DNA of 64,000 nt, from contig OZ024748.1 in the NCBI GenBank assembly GCA_964016885.1, positions 10,850,001 to 10,914,000 of the forward strand. The letters are read 5' to 3'. Below, piece by piece: positions 1-13,997 of the stretch; within the stretch, counting starts at the first letter, position 1; every line of letters begins with the position of its first letter. The notes under the pieces were generated by a model that was not told the origin of the DNA, did not search any database, and was given only the letters and a program-made list of their open reading frames with translations. The position numbers were made by a program, and so were the translations under genes. This DNA comes from Eledone cirrhosa. Lineage: Eukaryota.

Positions 1-49
1 TTGGAACCTGATAAAAACAAAGAGAAAAACAAAGATAAGTGTAACCCCT

Positions 50-540
50 TAACATTTACATTACTCTATATATGTACTATTGTATTTTTGTGGTAAAGGC
101 TTTATCTTACATAATTATCTCACATAACATTTACATTATATATATTACTGTATTTTCGTGGTAAAGGCTTTATCTTACATAATTATCTCACATAACATTT
201 ACATTATATATATTACTGTATTTTCGTGGTAAAGGCTTTATATTACATAATTATCTCACATAACATTTACATTATATATATTACTGTATTTTCGTGGTAA
301 AGGCTTTATCTTACATAATTATCTCACATAACATTTACATTATATATATTACTGTATTTTCGTGGTAAAGGCTTTATCTTACATAATTATCTCACATAAC
401 ATTTACATTATATATATTACTGTATTTTCGTGGTAAAGGCTTTATCTTACATAATTATCTCACATAACATTTACATTATATATATTACTGTATTTTTGTG
501 GTAAAAGCTTTATATTACATAATTATCTTACATAATATCA
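50..540. repeat. 68-bp tandem array (about 7 copies) inside a TTAA MITE
   Basis: Unit TAACATTTACATTATATATATTACTGTATTTTCGTGGTAAAGGCTTTATCTTACATAATTATCTCACA. Confidence 0.95.
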
Positions 541-2112
541 AATCTATGAGATTTTGATGTTGTTTATTTTGAGAACAATACCCTAACATCAGTATGAGCT
601 GCCAATGATAGTCAGCTTGAACAGAAAGAGGCGAGAGAATTCTGGCCAGATATGGCCGGTTTAAATGACTTTAATCTTCAGAATTACCTTGACCCACAAA
701 CATCTGGTCTCCCTGCAGTGGTAGGACAGGCTGCCAGCAGACTAGGTTGTTACTAACCCCACAAATGGTGAATAGGCAGGGAGCCTGTATCTCAATTACA
801 TATCGAGTGCTCAAGCAGGCTGATGGCCCACAATTCATCCACATATGATCCTGCATTTATTGTGGGACCAGCACTATGGCACATTATCATGTCAGTGTTA
901 GCAACATTTAACCTTTTGACCTTGTATTTTGGCAGTAATGTTGTACCAAAATCTCAACCCTTCATAGACAACCCTCACTACAAACACAATAACAATAATT
1001 CATCTTCATCATCTCCTCAGCCTCCTACTTCTTTTTCAATCAATTATTCCATAGGGTGTGGTGTGAGCAGCATCTTCAAATACACCTTCCACAGGGGCCT
1101 ATTAGAAGTAACCATCTCGAAATAAAACAAAAATAATTGCAACAATAAATCTTATTTCTATATTTATTATTATTAATATTATCTTTTTTTTTATCAGATT
1201 TTGTTGTTATTTTTGTTATTTTCTTCTTGTTTATGTTTCCTTTCTGCAATAAATCTGAGGGAAAAAAAGACATAAAACACACATACACACTTTTCCTCTC
1301 ACCTTTTTTTTATCAATTTACACACTTTCACTCTCTCTTATAAACACACTCACATACACACACTCACATACATCCTCACACACACTCTCACTATCTTTCA
1401 CTCACTCTCCCTCTCCCTGTTTAGCTCTATATAAAATCAAAACATTACCACAAGAAACCAATTTCCATCTATCAATGTAGAATATTTATGTTTATTGTAT
1501 AACAGCAACAACGACAACAACTACAATAGAACAATTGGTACTAAGGAGAAATAAAACCAAGTAAAAGCCATCAATAAATATATAAATATACAAGTAAATA
1601 AACAGACAAGTTTGTTGGTTGTCATTGAGTGAGGAGAGAATTCTCTAGGAATATTGGACTGTTGGAGAGAATTTATGTGTTATATATATATATATATATA
1701 TATATACATACATACATACGTACATACACACATATACATGTGTATATATTGATTTATGTGTGCCAATATAACTTAGGTAATATTAGTAGTACAGTGGCTC
1801 TTTAAGAATATGGCCAATGTTGTGAAAGAGAGAGAGAGAGACTTCTTGAGAATTTCTCACTTGCTAGCCTTCTAATTATATTATTCTATTACGTGTTCCA
1901 GCTGACAGACTGAGGCCATGCTGGAGCAACCAGCATTGATGATACATCCTCTCTATAGCCAGATTTCCTTGGTTGGCCATTGATGCAAAAGTGAGTTTGT
2001 TGCTGCTGCCCTTATTTGCGCTTCGTCTCGTGCTGTGGGTTCCTCCAGGATCTTGGTCAGCATCATGTTGAGATATATATATACATATATTTTATAACAT
2101 ATATATATATAT

Positions 2113-2634
2113 ATAAAATATTAAAAAAATAATGAATAAAACAATGAAACAGTTCCTTATATTAAACAAAAAAAGTTCATTATTTAACGATCGTTTCTAG
2201 GATATATATGTGTTAGAATTGGCATGCATATTCAACAGATCTATGTACAAAATTATACAAACTATCAAAATTAAATATACATACCCAACACATATATATG
2301 CCGTCTTCAGAAGACGGCATATATATGTGTTGGGTATGTATATTTAATTTTGATAGTTTGTATAATTTTGTACATAGATCTGTTGAATATGCATGCCAAT
2401 TCTAACACATATATATCCTAGAAACGATCGTTAAATAATGAACTTTTTTTGTTTAATATAAGGAACTGTTTCATTGTTTTATTCATTATTTTTTTAATAT
2501 TTTATCTTGACTCTGTATTCCGTTTATCTTTCACCGAAAGTGATTTTTCATTGTATCTCTTCTTTCCATGATATCCGGATTACATTGAGTTCTTCATACG
2601 GATTGGACACTACCGTAAACTCTTGGTAGATTTA

Positions 2635-2637
<3 letters not shown>
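2113..2637 (+). mobile_element. Fold-back PLE-like terminal insert
   Basis: Palindrome 2113-2505 (196-bp arms, centre 2309) plus a unique tail containing TTGAGTTC, between (TA)n runs. Hammerhead core motifs lie in the arms. Confidence 0.75.
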
Positions 2638-2685
<48 letters not shown>

Positions 2686-2977
2686 TGAAGTTATGTTGGT
2701 ACCACAACATCCAGTCTGAAACAAATGAGGTCGTGTAGGTGTCACGACAAAAAAAAAACACACAGTCCACGCTGTAATGTGGGCGTGTAGGTAACACGGT
2801 AAAAACCTCCCAGCCCCACACTGTAAACGTGGTTGGTGTTAGGAAGGGCATCCAGCCGTAGAAAACCCGCCAGACAGTCCTATACGAGCAGGACAACAAA
2901 TCCTGCCTCAAGTGGGAAAACTCCCGTCCAAACCCATGCAAGCGTGGAAGATGGACGTTAAACGATGATGATGATGA
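2686..2977 (+). mobile_element. Headless SINE/RTE-tail repeat ending in (GAT)n
   Basis: Near-identical copies at 4946-5229 and 33495-33788. Related pieces at 11635-11865, 13230-13450, 14525-14677, 57243-57625 and 63050-63260. Confidence 0.8.
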
Positions 2978-3489
2978 TATATATATTTTATAATATATAT
3001 CTACACTGTAACTGCGGTTGGCATTAGGAATGGCATCCAGCCATAGAAACCAAACCAGAAACAGTACATAGCAAACTTGGAAATAAATTTTTTAAATGAT
3101 ACAGTAGTTGATATAAAAGGATTCTGTTGTCTAATGAATTCTTGTGGATAAAACAAACAAACAAAAACAACAAGAAAAACAATATGAAACCCCTATCCTT
3201 CTCTTGCCCCCTCCCCTCGCCCAGATCCTTCTCATGATGTTGACAATAACCACATTGACAAATAGAACTGTTAACAGCTGTAGCTACAATATATACTTCT
3301 ACAGACTCACTTAGAGAAAGAAAACAACATGACTGCTTCAAAATCAATTTAATTCTTTACAAATTCTAGCATGAACAAAATAAAATTCTTTTTAAAATAA
3401 AATAAAATACGATAAAATTTGAAATAGAAAAAACATTTTTTTTTCTAAGTTTGAAAAACAATTTCACCCAATTATTATTATCATTATTA

Positions 3490-3900
3490 TTTCCATTATT
3501 AATTTTATTGCGCATCATTACTGCGTAACTGAGCACAGCTCTGTGTGCCTTGGGTATGTGCAGTATAGTTTTTGCTGATGTTGTTTCTTTGTATTGATAG
3601 TACTTTTTGTAATATGTGTGCAGTGCTTAGTCGTGCTATTTTTTGTATGCTGTATATATTTGTAAGTCCTGGGGTTTTAGCTATGTATTTGTCTGTGTGT
3701 TTTTTTTATTATTCCTAGAGTACCTATTATTATAGGTATAGTTTCTGCTTTCATTTTCGACATTCGAGTTATTTCTATCTCTAGATCTTTATATTTGGAG
3801 AGTTTCTCTATTTCTTTGGAAGATATATTGTCATATGTGGGGATAGATACATGTATTAGAAGGCATTTTTTTTCTTTGTGGTCTGACAATAATATCGGGT
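3490..3900 (-). mobile_element. 3' remnant of an R4/Dong-like non-LTR element with restriction-like endonuclease
   Basis: Degenerate PD..D..K RLE motif (PILLSDHKEKKCLLIHVSIP..NISSKEIEKLSKYKDLEIEI..IPIIIGTLG) flanked by (TAA)n-like runs. Confidence 0.8.
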
Positions 3901-4664
3901 CAGTTATTATTATTATTATTATTTTAGTTTTTCTAATTCTGGACCTCCCCACTACCCGTTCCTTCTTTCTTTTTCTTTCACAATATTTTTCTTCTGTAAT
4001 TTTTCAAACACAATTTCTCCAAATCTTTTTTTCTCAATTGTTGTTTGGTAGTGAAAATGTTAAACAACAAAGAAAGAAGCTAACAAAGATATTACTGGTA
4101 CGTCTTTTACCCTCCCACCAACCTCTTGTGTGTTAAAGACATACAGGTACATCTTTTACCACGTACTCTTTGTGTACCAAAGATATTACTGGTACATCAT
4201 TTATCCCCACCCACCTACTCCTTGTGTACCAAATATTACTGTCAGTAAATTAAGTTCATATTACTGTCTAACATAGACAATTTTCCCCTGGGGTTAGGAT
4301 ATGTCTATGACAAATGCAACATTCGGCCTCCAGGATGGAGCAACGGTAGATTTTCTAGACGTATTTTAGGATCTTCGATTCCGTGAAATACGGTAATTTT
4401 ATCTACATTGGAAGAATGAAAGGCAAAGTCAAACTTGGTGGGATTTGAACTCAGAATATAGAAAGCCATAACTAAATCCTACAAGGCATTTTGGCTGACG
4501 CTCTACTGATTACTGCCATTCTACCAGATTTATATTTAGAGAATAATGGATACTTAATAGTGTGTGTTTATTATGTTTTAAACAAACTACTTGAAATTGT
4601 TTTACAATGAGAATAACAATGAAAGGACGGACATGTTTCTACTTAGAGAAGAATGGACACTCAA

Positions 4665-4905
<241 letters not shown>

Positions 4906-5448
4906 CACACACACACAATAGTATGTGTATGTATATATATATATATGGTTGGTACCACAACATCCAGTCCGAAACAAATGAGGTCGTGTAGGTGTCACGA
5001 CAAAAAAACACACTGTCCACGCTGTAATGTGGCCATGTAGGTAACACGGTAAAAACCTCCCAGTTCCACACTGTAAACGTGGTTGGTGTTAGGAAGGGCA
5101 TCCAGCCGTAGAAAACCCGCCAGACAGTCCTATGCGAGCAAGACAACCACTCTTGCCTCAAGTGGGAAAACTCCCGTCCAAACCAATGCTAGCGTGGAAG
5201 ATGGACGTTAAACAATGATGATGATGATGTTTAGAACAAACTACTTGAAATGTTGAAGTGTGTGCATGCGTATATGTGTGTGCATGTGTGTCTGTGTTTG
5301 TGTCTGTGTTTGTGTATGTATGTGCGTATGTGCGTTTGTGTGTGTGTGCATGTGTGTGTATGTGTGAGTGTGCATGTGTGTGTGTGTATTTGTGTGTTGG
5401 TGTGCAAATGTTCGCAGCAATCTAACCAGTTGTAAAGACGCTATATAT

Positions 5449-5781
5449 GGAGGCACATGGCTTAGTGGTTAGAGCATTGGCCTTGCAATCGAAAGGTTGT
5501 GAGTTCAATTCTCAGACCGGGTGATGTGTTGTGTCCTTGAGCAAGACACTTTATTTCACATTGCTCCAGTTTACTCAGCTGTAGAAATGAGATGATAGGG
5601 ACTGGGGTCCCTATCATTCCACTTCAAGGTGGTCGTGGAGGTGCCACGGCAAAAAAGCACCCAGCACTCACTGTAAATGAGGTTGGTGTTAGGAAGGGCA
5701 TCCAGCTGTAGAAATCAAGCCAGAATCAGTTCCCGTCCCACCCTTGCAAGCAGGGAAAAGTGGACGTAAAATGAAATGATG
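5449..5781 (+). mobile_element. tRNA-derived CORE-type SINE with RTE-like tail
   Basis: A box TGGCTTAGTGG, B box GAGTTCAATTC, TCCTTGAGCAAGACACT core and (GAT)n-like end. Close copies at 10638-10981 (+), 29113-29445 (-) and 32410-32648 (-, partial). Confidence 0.85.
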
Positions 5782-5870
5782 ATATATTTGAATTAACAAA
5801 CTTGTTTTTAGATATTTTCTGCTAAATCATTAGAGAACATTAGGAGTTATATAAAGGTAATCCTACTTAC

Positions 5871-5949
5871 CATCAATGTTCCAAGCGAGGCAATGGATGA
5901 AACATTCAGCAGTAAAAGAAGCAGTCTTGTACCAACAATAGTCCAGTTT
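5871..5949 (-). CDS. DMXL: DmX-like protein, coding exon 4
   Basis: TTTAG | KLDYCWYKTASFTAECFIHCLAWNID-G | GTAAGT; 79 bp, phase 0/1; WD40-type continuation. The rest of the gene lies beyond position 1. Confidence 0.9.
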
Positions 5950-7170
5950 CTAAACAGAGAACAAATGGAATTGGTTACACATGGAATAATAATTTCTGAT
6001 TTAGGCAAAGGGTCAACAATTTGGGGCAATTGGGAAAGTCAATTATATCTACCCCTAGTTTGTTACTGGTGCTTTATTTTATGAACCCTATAAGGACGAA
6101 AGGCAAAGCTAACCTCAGCAGGATTTGGACTCAGAATGTAAAGGGCCATAACTATATACTGCAAAGAAGGGTGACCGATGTTCTACCAATACTGCCAATC
6201 CACCGCCATTACATTTGGTTACACATGAAATACTGATCAACTGAATTATTAAAACATATATTAACATGGCAACCTCTCTAGTGCTGGCTCTTGCAGCGCA
6301 TCTCCCTTACATCTCCCGGGGAAACGCCTTCTCCATTCTGTCCACCGGGGAGGTGGGGCGGCCAGCACGTGGGACCCCATTTGCTCACCATACAGAGAGA
6401 TGGGGGCGATGACAATGGAAGTTTGGCTGTTCTTTCATGTTTACTTAGGTTACTATGATTGGGGTTCCAGCCCTACCATGAAAAGCCCCAAAACACAACA
6501 TACTGAACAGTCCAGGAATCATAACCATGACCACATGATTGTGAGTTGAACACCCTAACCACTGGGCCGGCCACATGCCTTTGCAAATGGATGTGATAAC
6601 ACATGAAACAGTCAACAGAATTATTTTAACATATCTTAACATATTCTAATGGTTTTAGGATTCAACTAGCTAGAAATAGAAACAAAACCCCCCTCAAAGG
6701 ACAATGTAGTCCTAGATATACAAACATAAAAATGGATGGTCATGGCTGGAATATTTTTTATCATAGTTCTGCTAGATCAGGACTGGCCTGGGGCTAAACA
6801 ACATTATCACTATTAGCACTACCATCATCACAATCATCTTCACCACCATCACCATCATCATCATTCACAATCATTACTATCACCACCATCATCATCATAA
6901 TCATTACCATCACCATCACAATCATTACCATCACCATCACCACTATCATCACCATCACAATCATTACCATCACCACTATCACGATCATTACCATCATCAT
7001 CACCAAAACCACCGTAACAACCACCACAACAACCACTGTACCCCCCCCCCCCATCTTTCCTGATGCCAGTCACCTTCACTTCACCCCCTGCCACCACCAC
7101 CACCAGTGATTTCTTATATGATACTCTACACTTGTAAGGCCTGAAATTAGGGGTATATGGAATGTATTCT

Positions 7171-7885
7171 TTCATTCACTCATTCCATTCATTCACTCAT
7201 TCCATTCATTCATTCACTCATTCCATTCATTCATTCACTCATTCCATTCATTCATCATTCATTCACTCATTCCATTCATTCATTCACTCATTCCATTCAT
7301 TCATTCCATTCATTCATTCACTCATTCCATTCATTCATTCATTCACTCATTCCATTCATTCATTCACTCATTCCATTCATTCATTCACTCATTCCATTCA
7401 TTCACTCATTCCATTCTTTCTTTCATTCATTCACTCATTGCATTCATTCCATTCACTCATTCCATTCATTCATTCCATTCATTCATTCACTCATTCCATT
7501 CATTCATTCCATTCATTCATTCACTCATTCCATTCATTCATTCATTCATTCCATTCATTCATTCACTCATTCCATTCATTCATTCCATTCATTCATTCAC
7601 TCATTCCATTCATTCATTCACTCATTCCATTCATTCATTCACTCATTCCATTCATTCTATTCACTCATTCCATTCATTCATTCACTCACTCATTCCATTC
7701 ACTCATTCCATTCATTCATTCACTCACTCATTCCATTCATTCATTCACTCATTCCATTCATTCATTCACTCATTCCATTCATTCTATTCACTCATTCCAT
7801 TCATTCATTCACTCACTCATTCCATTCACTCATTCCATTCATTCATTCACTCACTCATTCCATTCATTCATTCACTCATTCCATT
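7171..7885. repeat. (CATT)n-derived compound repeat
   Basis: CATT/CACT/CCATT units. Confidence 0.95.
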
Positions 7886-8429
7886 CTGCTTCCTCTACCT
7901 TCATGTCTTCGTTCATTCATTCGTTGGTTTATGTTTGTGTGTATGCATGTATGTAACTATGTGTGAGTGTATGTCTATATAAATTGTGTGCATACATGCA
8001 TATGTATGTGATTGTGTGTATATGTGTATATAAATTGTGTGTGTGTGTGTATGCATCTAAATTGTTTGAGTGTGTGTACACCAGTATGTATATGCTTTGT
8101 GCGTGGGTGTATATGCATATATGTGAATGTGAGTATATGTTTGTATGCATCTATGTATGTATGTATATGCTTTGTGTATGCATGTATATGCATATATGTG
8201 AATGTGAGTGTATCTATGTATGTGTGTGTATATGTTGTGTGTTTGTGAGCGGGTGTATGTGTGTGTTATGCTGTTGCCATATGTTCCGTTGATAAGGAAA
8301 GCAATAACAGCATTAGATGAATAGATATGGTAATGTGATAGAGAGGGGCGGGTAGCTAAGTTGGAGAGAGAGGGAGTGGTTGACAGAAAGAGAGAGAGAG
8401 AGGGGATGGTTGAGAGAGGGAGAGTGAGT

Positions 8430-8548
8430 GAGCAAGAGCTGATGAGAGAAAGAGAGGAATGATAGAGAAAGATGGAGAGGAGGGCTGATGATATGAGAGA
8501 GAGGGGGGGGGGGGGCTGATGATATGAGAGAGAGAGGAGGGGCTGATG

Positions 8549-8594
<46 letters not shown>

Positions 8595-8832
8595 AGGGCT
8601 GATGATATGAGAGAGAGAGGAATGATAGAGAAAGATGGAGAGGGGGGCTGATGATATGAGAGAGAGAGGAATGATAGAGAACGATGGAGAGAGAGGCTGA
8701 TGATATGAGAGAGAGAGAGAGGAGGGCTGATGATATGAGAGAGAAAGGAATGATAGAGAAAGATAGAGAGGGGAGCTGATGGTATGAGAGAGAGAGAGGA
8801 GGGCTGATGATATGAGAGAGAGAGAGAGAGAG
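8430..8832. repeat. GA-rich compound tandem repeat
   Basis: Recurrent GGGCTGATGATATGAGAGAG and GGAATGATAGAGAAAGATGG units. Confidence 0.85.
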
Positions 8833-10606
8833 ATAGGTGGCAGATAGATTGATAGAAATAGAAGAGTTAATATATCATACACACCAACATAAACTCACAC
8901 TGACAGACAGAAACGCACACACACACACTAACAGACATAGAGAGATACACATACACACACACTAACAGACATAGAGAGATACACATACACACACACTAAC
9001 AGACATAGAGAGATACACACACACACACACACACTAACAGGCATAGACAGATACACACACACACTAACAGGCATAGAGATAGATGCATTGAAGTACACTG
9101 ACAAATGTATATACACAGACACACAAAACTACACAAGGCTAGATCAAGCAATGTACCAGCACCAGCACCACCACCATTACCACCAGCACCAGTACTACCA
9201 ATACCACCACCATTACCACCAGCACTACCAATACCACCACCACTACTCCAACACCACCATAATGTGGATTAATCAATAGAAATTTATAGTAAATTGTTAA
9301 CAACTAACGGCATATCAGTTGTACACTAACTACAGCAACACCAACAACAAACAACAGCATTAAAGATAATAGTACATTATCAACAACAGCATTATCAACA
9401 ACAGCATTATCAACAACATTAACAACAACAACAGCATTATCAACATTATCATCAACAACATTAACAATAATAGTAACAACAACAAAAATAATATTTAAAA
9501 CATTATTCTTAACAGCAGCATTAACAAGAACATTAATAATCTTGTGAGCCAATAAAGAGGAAACCTCAATGTGGTCAACCAGCCTGCTAGGAACAGCAAC
9601 CAAATCTCCCTCAAATCACAGGACACCACTGTCTTATAATAAGTAAACACAGCCATTAGATAATGGTACCCACTAAAGAGACAGGATGGCCACGGTTGGA
9701 ATGACTTTCATCATAGGCCTACTCGATCAGGGTTGACCTGGGGCTAAACAACAACAACAGTACCAACAGCAATAACATCAAAAACAATAATTTGTCTTTC
9801 AAGAGTATTTACATTGTTACAAGGTCACAAGATAAACCCCAAGAATTTGACTGGTACTTCAGTTTTATAAACCATAATTTCTAACATAGATACAAGGGCA
9901 GATATTTGTTGGCAGGGCTTAGTTGATTACATCAACCCCAGTATTTGACCGGTACCTTATTGTATGAACTCCGTAAAGATGAAAGGCAAAGTTGACCTTG
10001 GTTGGAATTGAACACATAACACAGAACATAAAGGGCCATAACTCCATGCTGCAGAGCATATTATCCAACACTCTACTGATACTCGTAATCCACTGCCCTT
10101 CAACACTATAATAATAGCAATCATTTTTTTAATATTTGCCAAGGATTGGTAGTATTGGTAGAGTATTGGACAACATGCTTTGCAGCATGGAGTTACAGCC
10201 CTTTATGTTCTATGTTCAAATCCCACTGATGTTAGCTTTGCCTTTCATCCTTACAGGGTTGATAAAACAAAGTACCAGTAACTCACTGGGGTCGATTTAA
10301 TCGATTTTCCCCGCCCCCCAAATGGTTGGCCTTGTACCTAAATTTGCCCCAAGAGCAATGTGTGAGAAGTCATTACAAGAACAGGTTACAAAGTGTGTGT
10401 AGGTGGGGGGGAGGGGTTTACATAGAAACGAAATGTAATGGTAATCATCACCACCACCATCATCACATCCACTTCTTTATGCTTGCAGGGGGTTAAATGG
10501 ATCCTCTTCAAAACAATGTCTCGTCCTGAGATCAGTTCTCATCACTTCTGCCCACATCTTCCTTTCATCTGGAACTCCTGGCACTTCTTTACCCAACTGT
10601 TCTCAT

Positions 10607-11177
10607 TTAACCCTTTACCATTTACATTACATTTACATGGAGGCACATGGCTTAGTGGTTAGAGCATTGGCATTGCAATCAAAAGGTTGTGAGTTCAATT
10701 CTCAGACAGGGTGTTGTGTTGTTTCCTTGAGCAAGACACTTTATGTCACATTGCTCCAGTTTACTCAGCTGTAGAAATGAGATGATAGGACTGGGGTCCC
10801 TATCATTCCACTGCAGAGTGGTCGTGGAGGTGCCACGGCAAAAAAGCACCCGGCACTCACTGTAAATGAGGTTGGTGTTAGGAAGGGCATCCAGCTGTAG
10901 AAATCAAGCCAGAATCAGTTCCCGTCCCACCCTTGCAAGCAGGGAAAAAGTGGACGTAAAATGAAATGAATGAATGAAATGATTACTCTATATATACTTT
11001 TATATCTTCACGATAAAGGCATAACCTCACATAATATCAAATCTATGAGATTTTGATATTATTTATTTTGAGACCCATACCTTAACATAAGTATGAGCAG
11101 CCGGTTACAGCCAGTTTAAACAGAAAGAGGTAAGAGAACTCTGGCTGAATACGGCTGGTTTAAATGCTATAAGGTTA
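10607..11177. mobile_element. TTAA piggyBac-like MITE interrupted by a SINE (same family as 41-673)
   Basis: TTAACCCTTTACCATTTACATTAC start; internal sequence similar to 530-670; SINE inserted at about 10631-10981. Confidence 0.65.
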
Positions 11178-11492
11178 TTATAAATCACCATTACACATCC
11201 AGCACAGCATACTTGATTTGATTCATTCAAGCCTTTGCTGCATTCTCTACATTTAACCCTTCCATTACTCTATTTACAATGAAATACATGTCCCATGGAA
11301 GGCAGTGAACTGTCAGAGTCTTTAGAATGTTAGATAGAATGCTTTGTGGCATTTCTTTCGGCTCTCTGCTCTGCAAGTTCAAAACGTGCAGAGGTCAGTT
11401 TTGCCTTTCATCCTTTTGAAGCTGATAAAAAAGTATCGTTCCTGTACCGGCATTAATCCTCTATTACTCTCTCTCTAACCATGCAGGACACT

Positions 11493-11546
<54 letters not shown>

Positions 11547-12114
11547 ATAAAAATAATGAAATTATTGTGTACAGTGCTCAGCTGCACCACAACTCATCAA
11601 ATGTGCATGTATAGTACATAGAACAATGATTATAAAGTGGTTGTGTAGTTGTCACGACAAAAAGCACCCAGTACTCATTGTAAATGAGGTTGGCGCTAGG
11701 AAGGGCATCCATCTGTAGAAACCAAGCCAAAATCAGTTCTGTAGAGCAAGACATGGTCACCTTGCCTAGCATTGCTCGCAACAGGATAACTCATCTAACC
11801 CATGCCAGCATGGACAAATGAACGTTAAACAATGATGATGGTGGTGATGATGATGATGATGATGATTATATATATATATATATATATATATATACCCTCC
11901 GGAAGAAATTGGCTGCGTTCAGACCTGGAAAAGGGGTGAGCTCCTCCACGTTTAAATTGCCCAAGACACATTATATGTCACTACGGCACTCCTACAAATC
12001 TATCAGGAGTAGTGGTAGATGTAGCGGTGTAGTGGAGTTGATGCTGTAGTGGTATTGGTGGTAGATGTGTGATGTTAATGGTGTAGTTGGTGGTGTGGTG
12101 GTGATAATAGTGTA

Positions 12115-12145
<31 letters not shown>

Positions 12146-13446
12146 AGACAGTTGCAGCAGAACAGGAAGCTACAACAACAACAACAAGATTGTATGCTGA
12201 GATCCAGTAAAATGAATGATCAATCAGTTGGGAGAGCGAGAGGAGGAGGAGAGTGAGGGAGTGATGGGAGAGAGATTGGAGGAGGAAGAAGACAGCAACA
12301 GCTGCTATTGATCCATGCAGTAAGTGTGTAATGTGCTGGCTTCTTTAAACACTTCACTACCACTGCCACCACCGCCACACTACCACCACTGCCATCACAC
12401 CACCACCGCTGTGATCAAACAACCACTCCCACCACACCACCATTGCCATCACACCACCACCACCACACCACTGTCATCACACTACCACCACCACCACCAT
12501 TTCAACTACACTACCACCGCACCACCACCACACCATCACCACAATACTACCGGCACCACCATTACCCATTACTACTGCCACAACAAACACACCGCCACTG
12601 TCACCAAACTGTCTATAACACCACCACCACTTCCATTACCCCCTCCCCCCCTCACACTACCAATGCTAAAATCAAAACTACCACCACCACCAACACTGTC
12701 ACAACTACCACTTCCAATACAACTGTCCCCACCACCACCACCACCACCATCACAACCACCATGAATGGCAACACCACCACCTTTACCATCACCACCACTG
12801 TAACCACAAACACTATCACCACCACTATCATCTACACCACCACCATAAAACATTCAATAAGTATTAATTAATCACACTAATTAGTGTTTGACAAATTTAC
12901 CTTGTCAAAATTAACGAGCATTTCAATCAGTTTTTTACCTGGTTTTGCTTCTTTTTTTTTTTTCACTAATTAGATTGAAATATTTTTATCTATTTTATTC
13001 ATATTTTCATTGTTATAAAATTAGAAGAAAAAAGGTTTTCCTCTCATCTTGAACTAACGTGTGCAGATATGGCTGTGTGGTTAGGGAGTATATTTTGTAA
13101 CCATGTGATTCTTGGTTCAATCTCAGTATGTGACACCTTGGCCAAGTGTTGTCCACCATAGCTTCAAGCTGACCAATGCCTTGTGTGTCAAATTGGTAGA
13201 TGAAAACTGCAGAAATCCATCATAGCACACAGTCCTCGCTGTAAAGTGGTTGTGTAGGAGACACTGTAAAAAAGCTCCCAGTCCACACTGTAAATGTGTT
13301 TGGTGTTAGGAAGGGCATCCAGTCGTAGAAAACCTGCCAGATAGTCCTATACGAGCGAGACACGGTCACTCGGCCAATCTTGCCTCAAGTGGGACAATCC
13401 CTTCTAACCCATGTTAGCGTGGAAGATGGACGTTAAACAATGATGA

Positions 13447-13484
<38 letters not shown>

Positions 13485-13487
<3 letters not shown>

Positions 13488-13740
13488 TAGTTCCACATCA
13501 ATTAATACACCATTTCTGAGAACAATTTGTTTCACCCCAAACGGATCATCAGCATATGTCTCGGTTTAAATGAGATAACACGTGTTATCTCATTTAAACC
13601 GAGCTGATGATCCGTTTGAGGTGAAACAAATTGTTCTCAGAAATGGTGTATTAACTGTGATGGAACTACTTCTACCAATCTCGTCCCGTGGACTGAGTGC
13701 TCTACTACTGCGAATATAACAAACCAGTGTTCTACCACTA
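13485..13740 (+). mobile_element. Fold-back PLE-like terminal insert
   Basis: Inverted repeat 13485-13671 plus a tail with CTGAGTGC, after (TA)n. Confidence 0.75.
13601..13638 (+). ncRNA. Minimal type-I hammerhead ribozyme motif
   Basis: gag-CTGATGA-tccgtttgaggt-GAAAC-aaatt-GTT-ctc; stem I is 3 bp. Confidence 0.65.
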
Positions 13741-13925
13741 TCATCATCATCATCGTTTTACGTCCGCTTTTCCCTGCTCTTATATATAAGAGAGTTGAAG
13801 TTTGTTTGAAGCATTGTGGAATAATAAAAATGGTCATTTTTGGAAGCCTCAACAATGCAGATGGGTAAATCTCCAGGGGACAGAATCTGGTGGTAATGAA
13901 AGAGAAATGCAAGAGGAAGTGTGTG

Positions 13926-13997
<72 letters not shown>

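Noticed and set aside
5449-5525. tRNA gene (A and B boxes)
   Set aside because: It is the head of a multi-copy SINE and runs into CORE and tail sequence; no proper acceptor stem.
6310-6395. HDV-like ribozyme (TCCCACGT loop, CCACC/GGTGG hairpin, minus strand)
   Set aside because: P1, P1.1 and P2 could not be paired convincingly; at most a decayed LINE 5' end.
7157-7966. HSF/IPF-repeat ORFs
   Set aside because: Translation of a (CATT)n microsatellite.
8430-8815. Many CTGATGA occurrences as hammerhead cores
   Set aside because: Part of a GA-rich tandem repeat, with no stem I/II/III pairing. The same applies to the CTGATGA at 62038.
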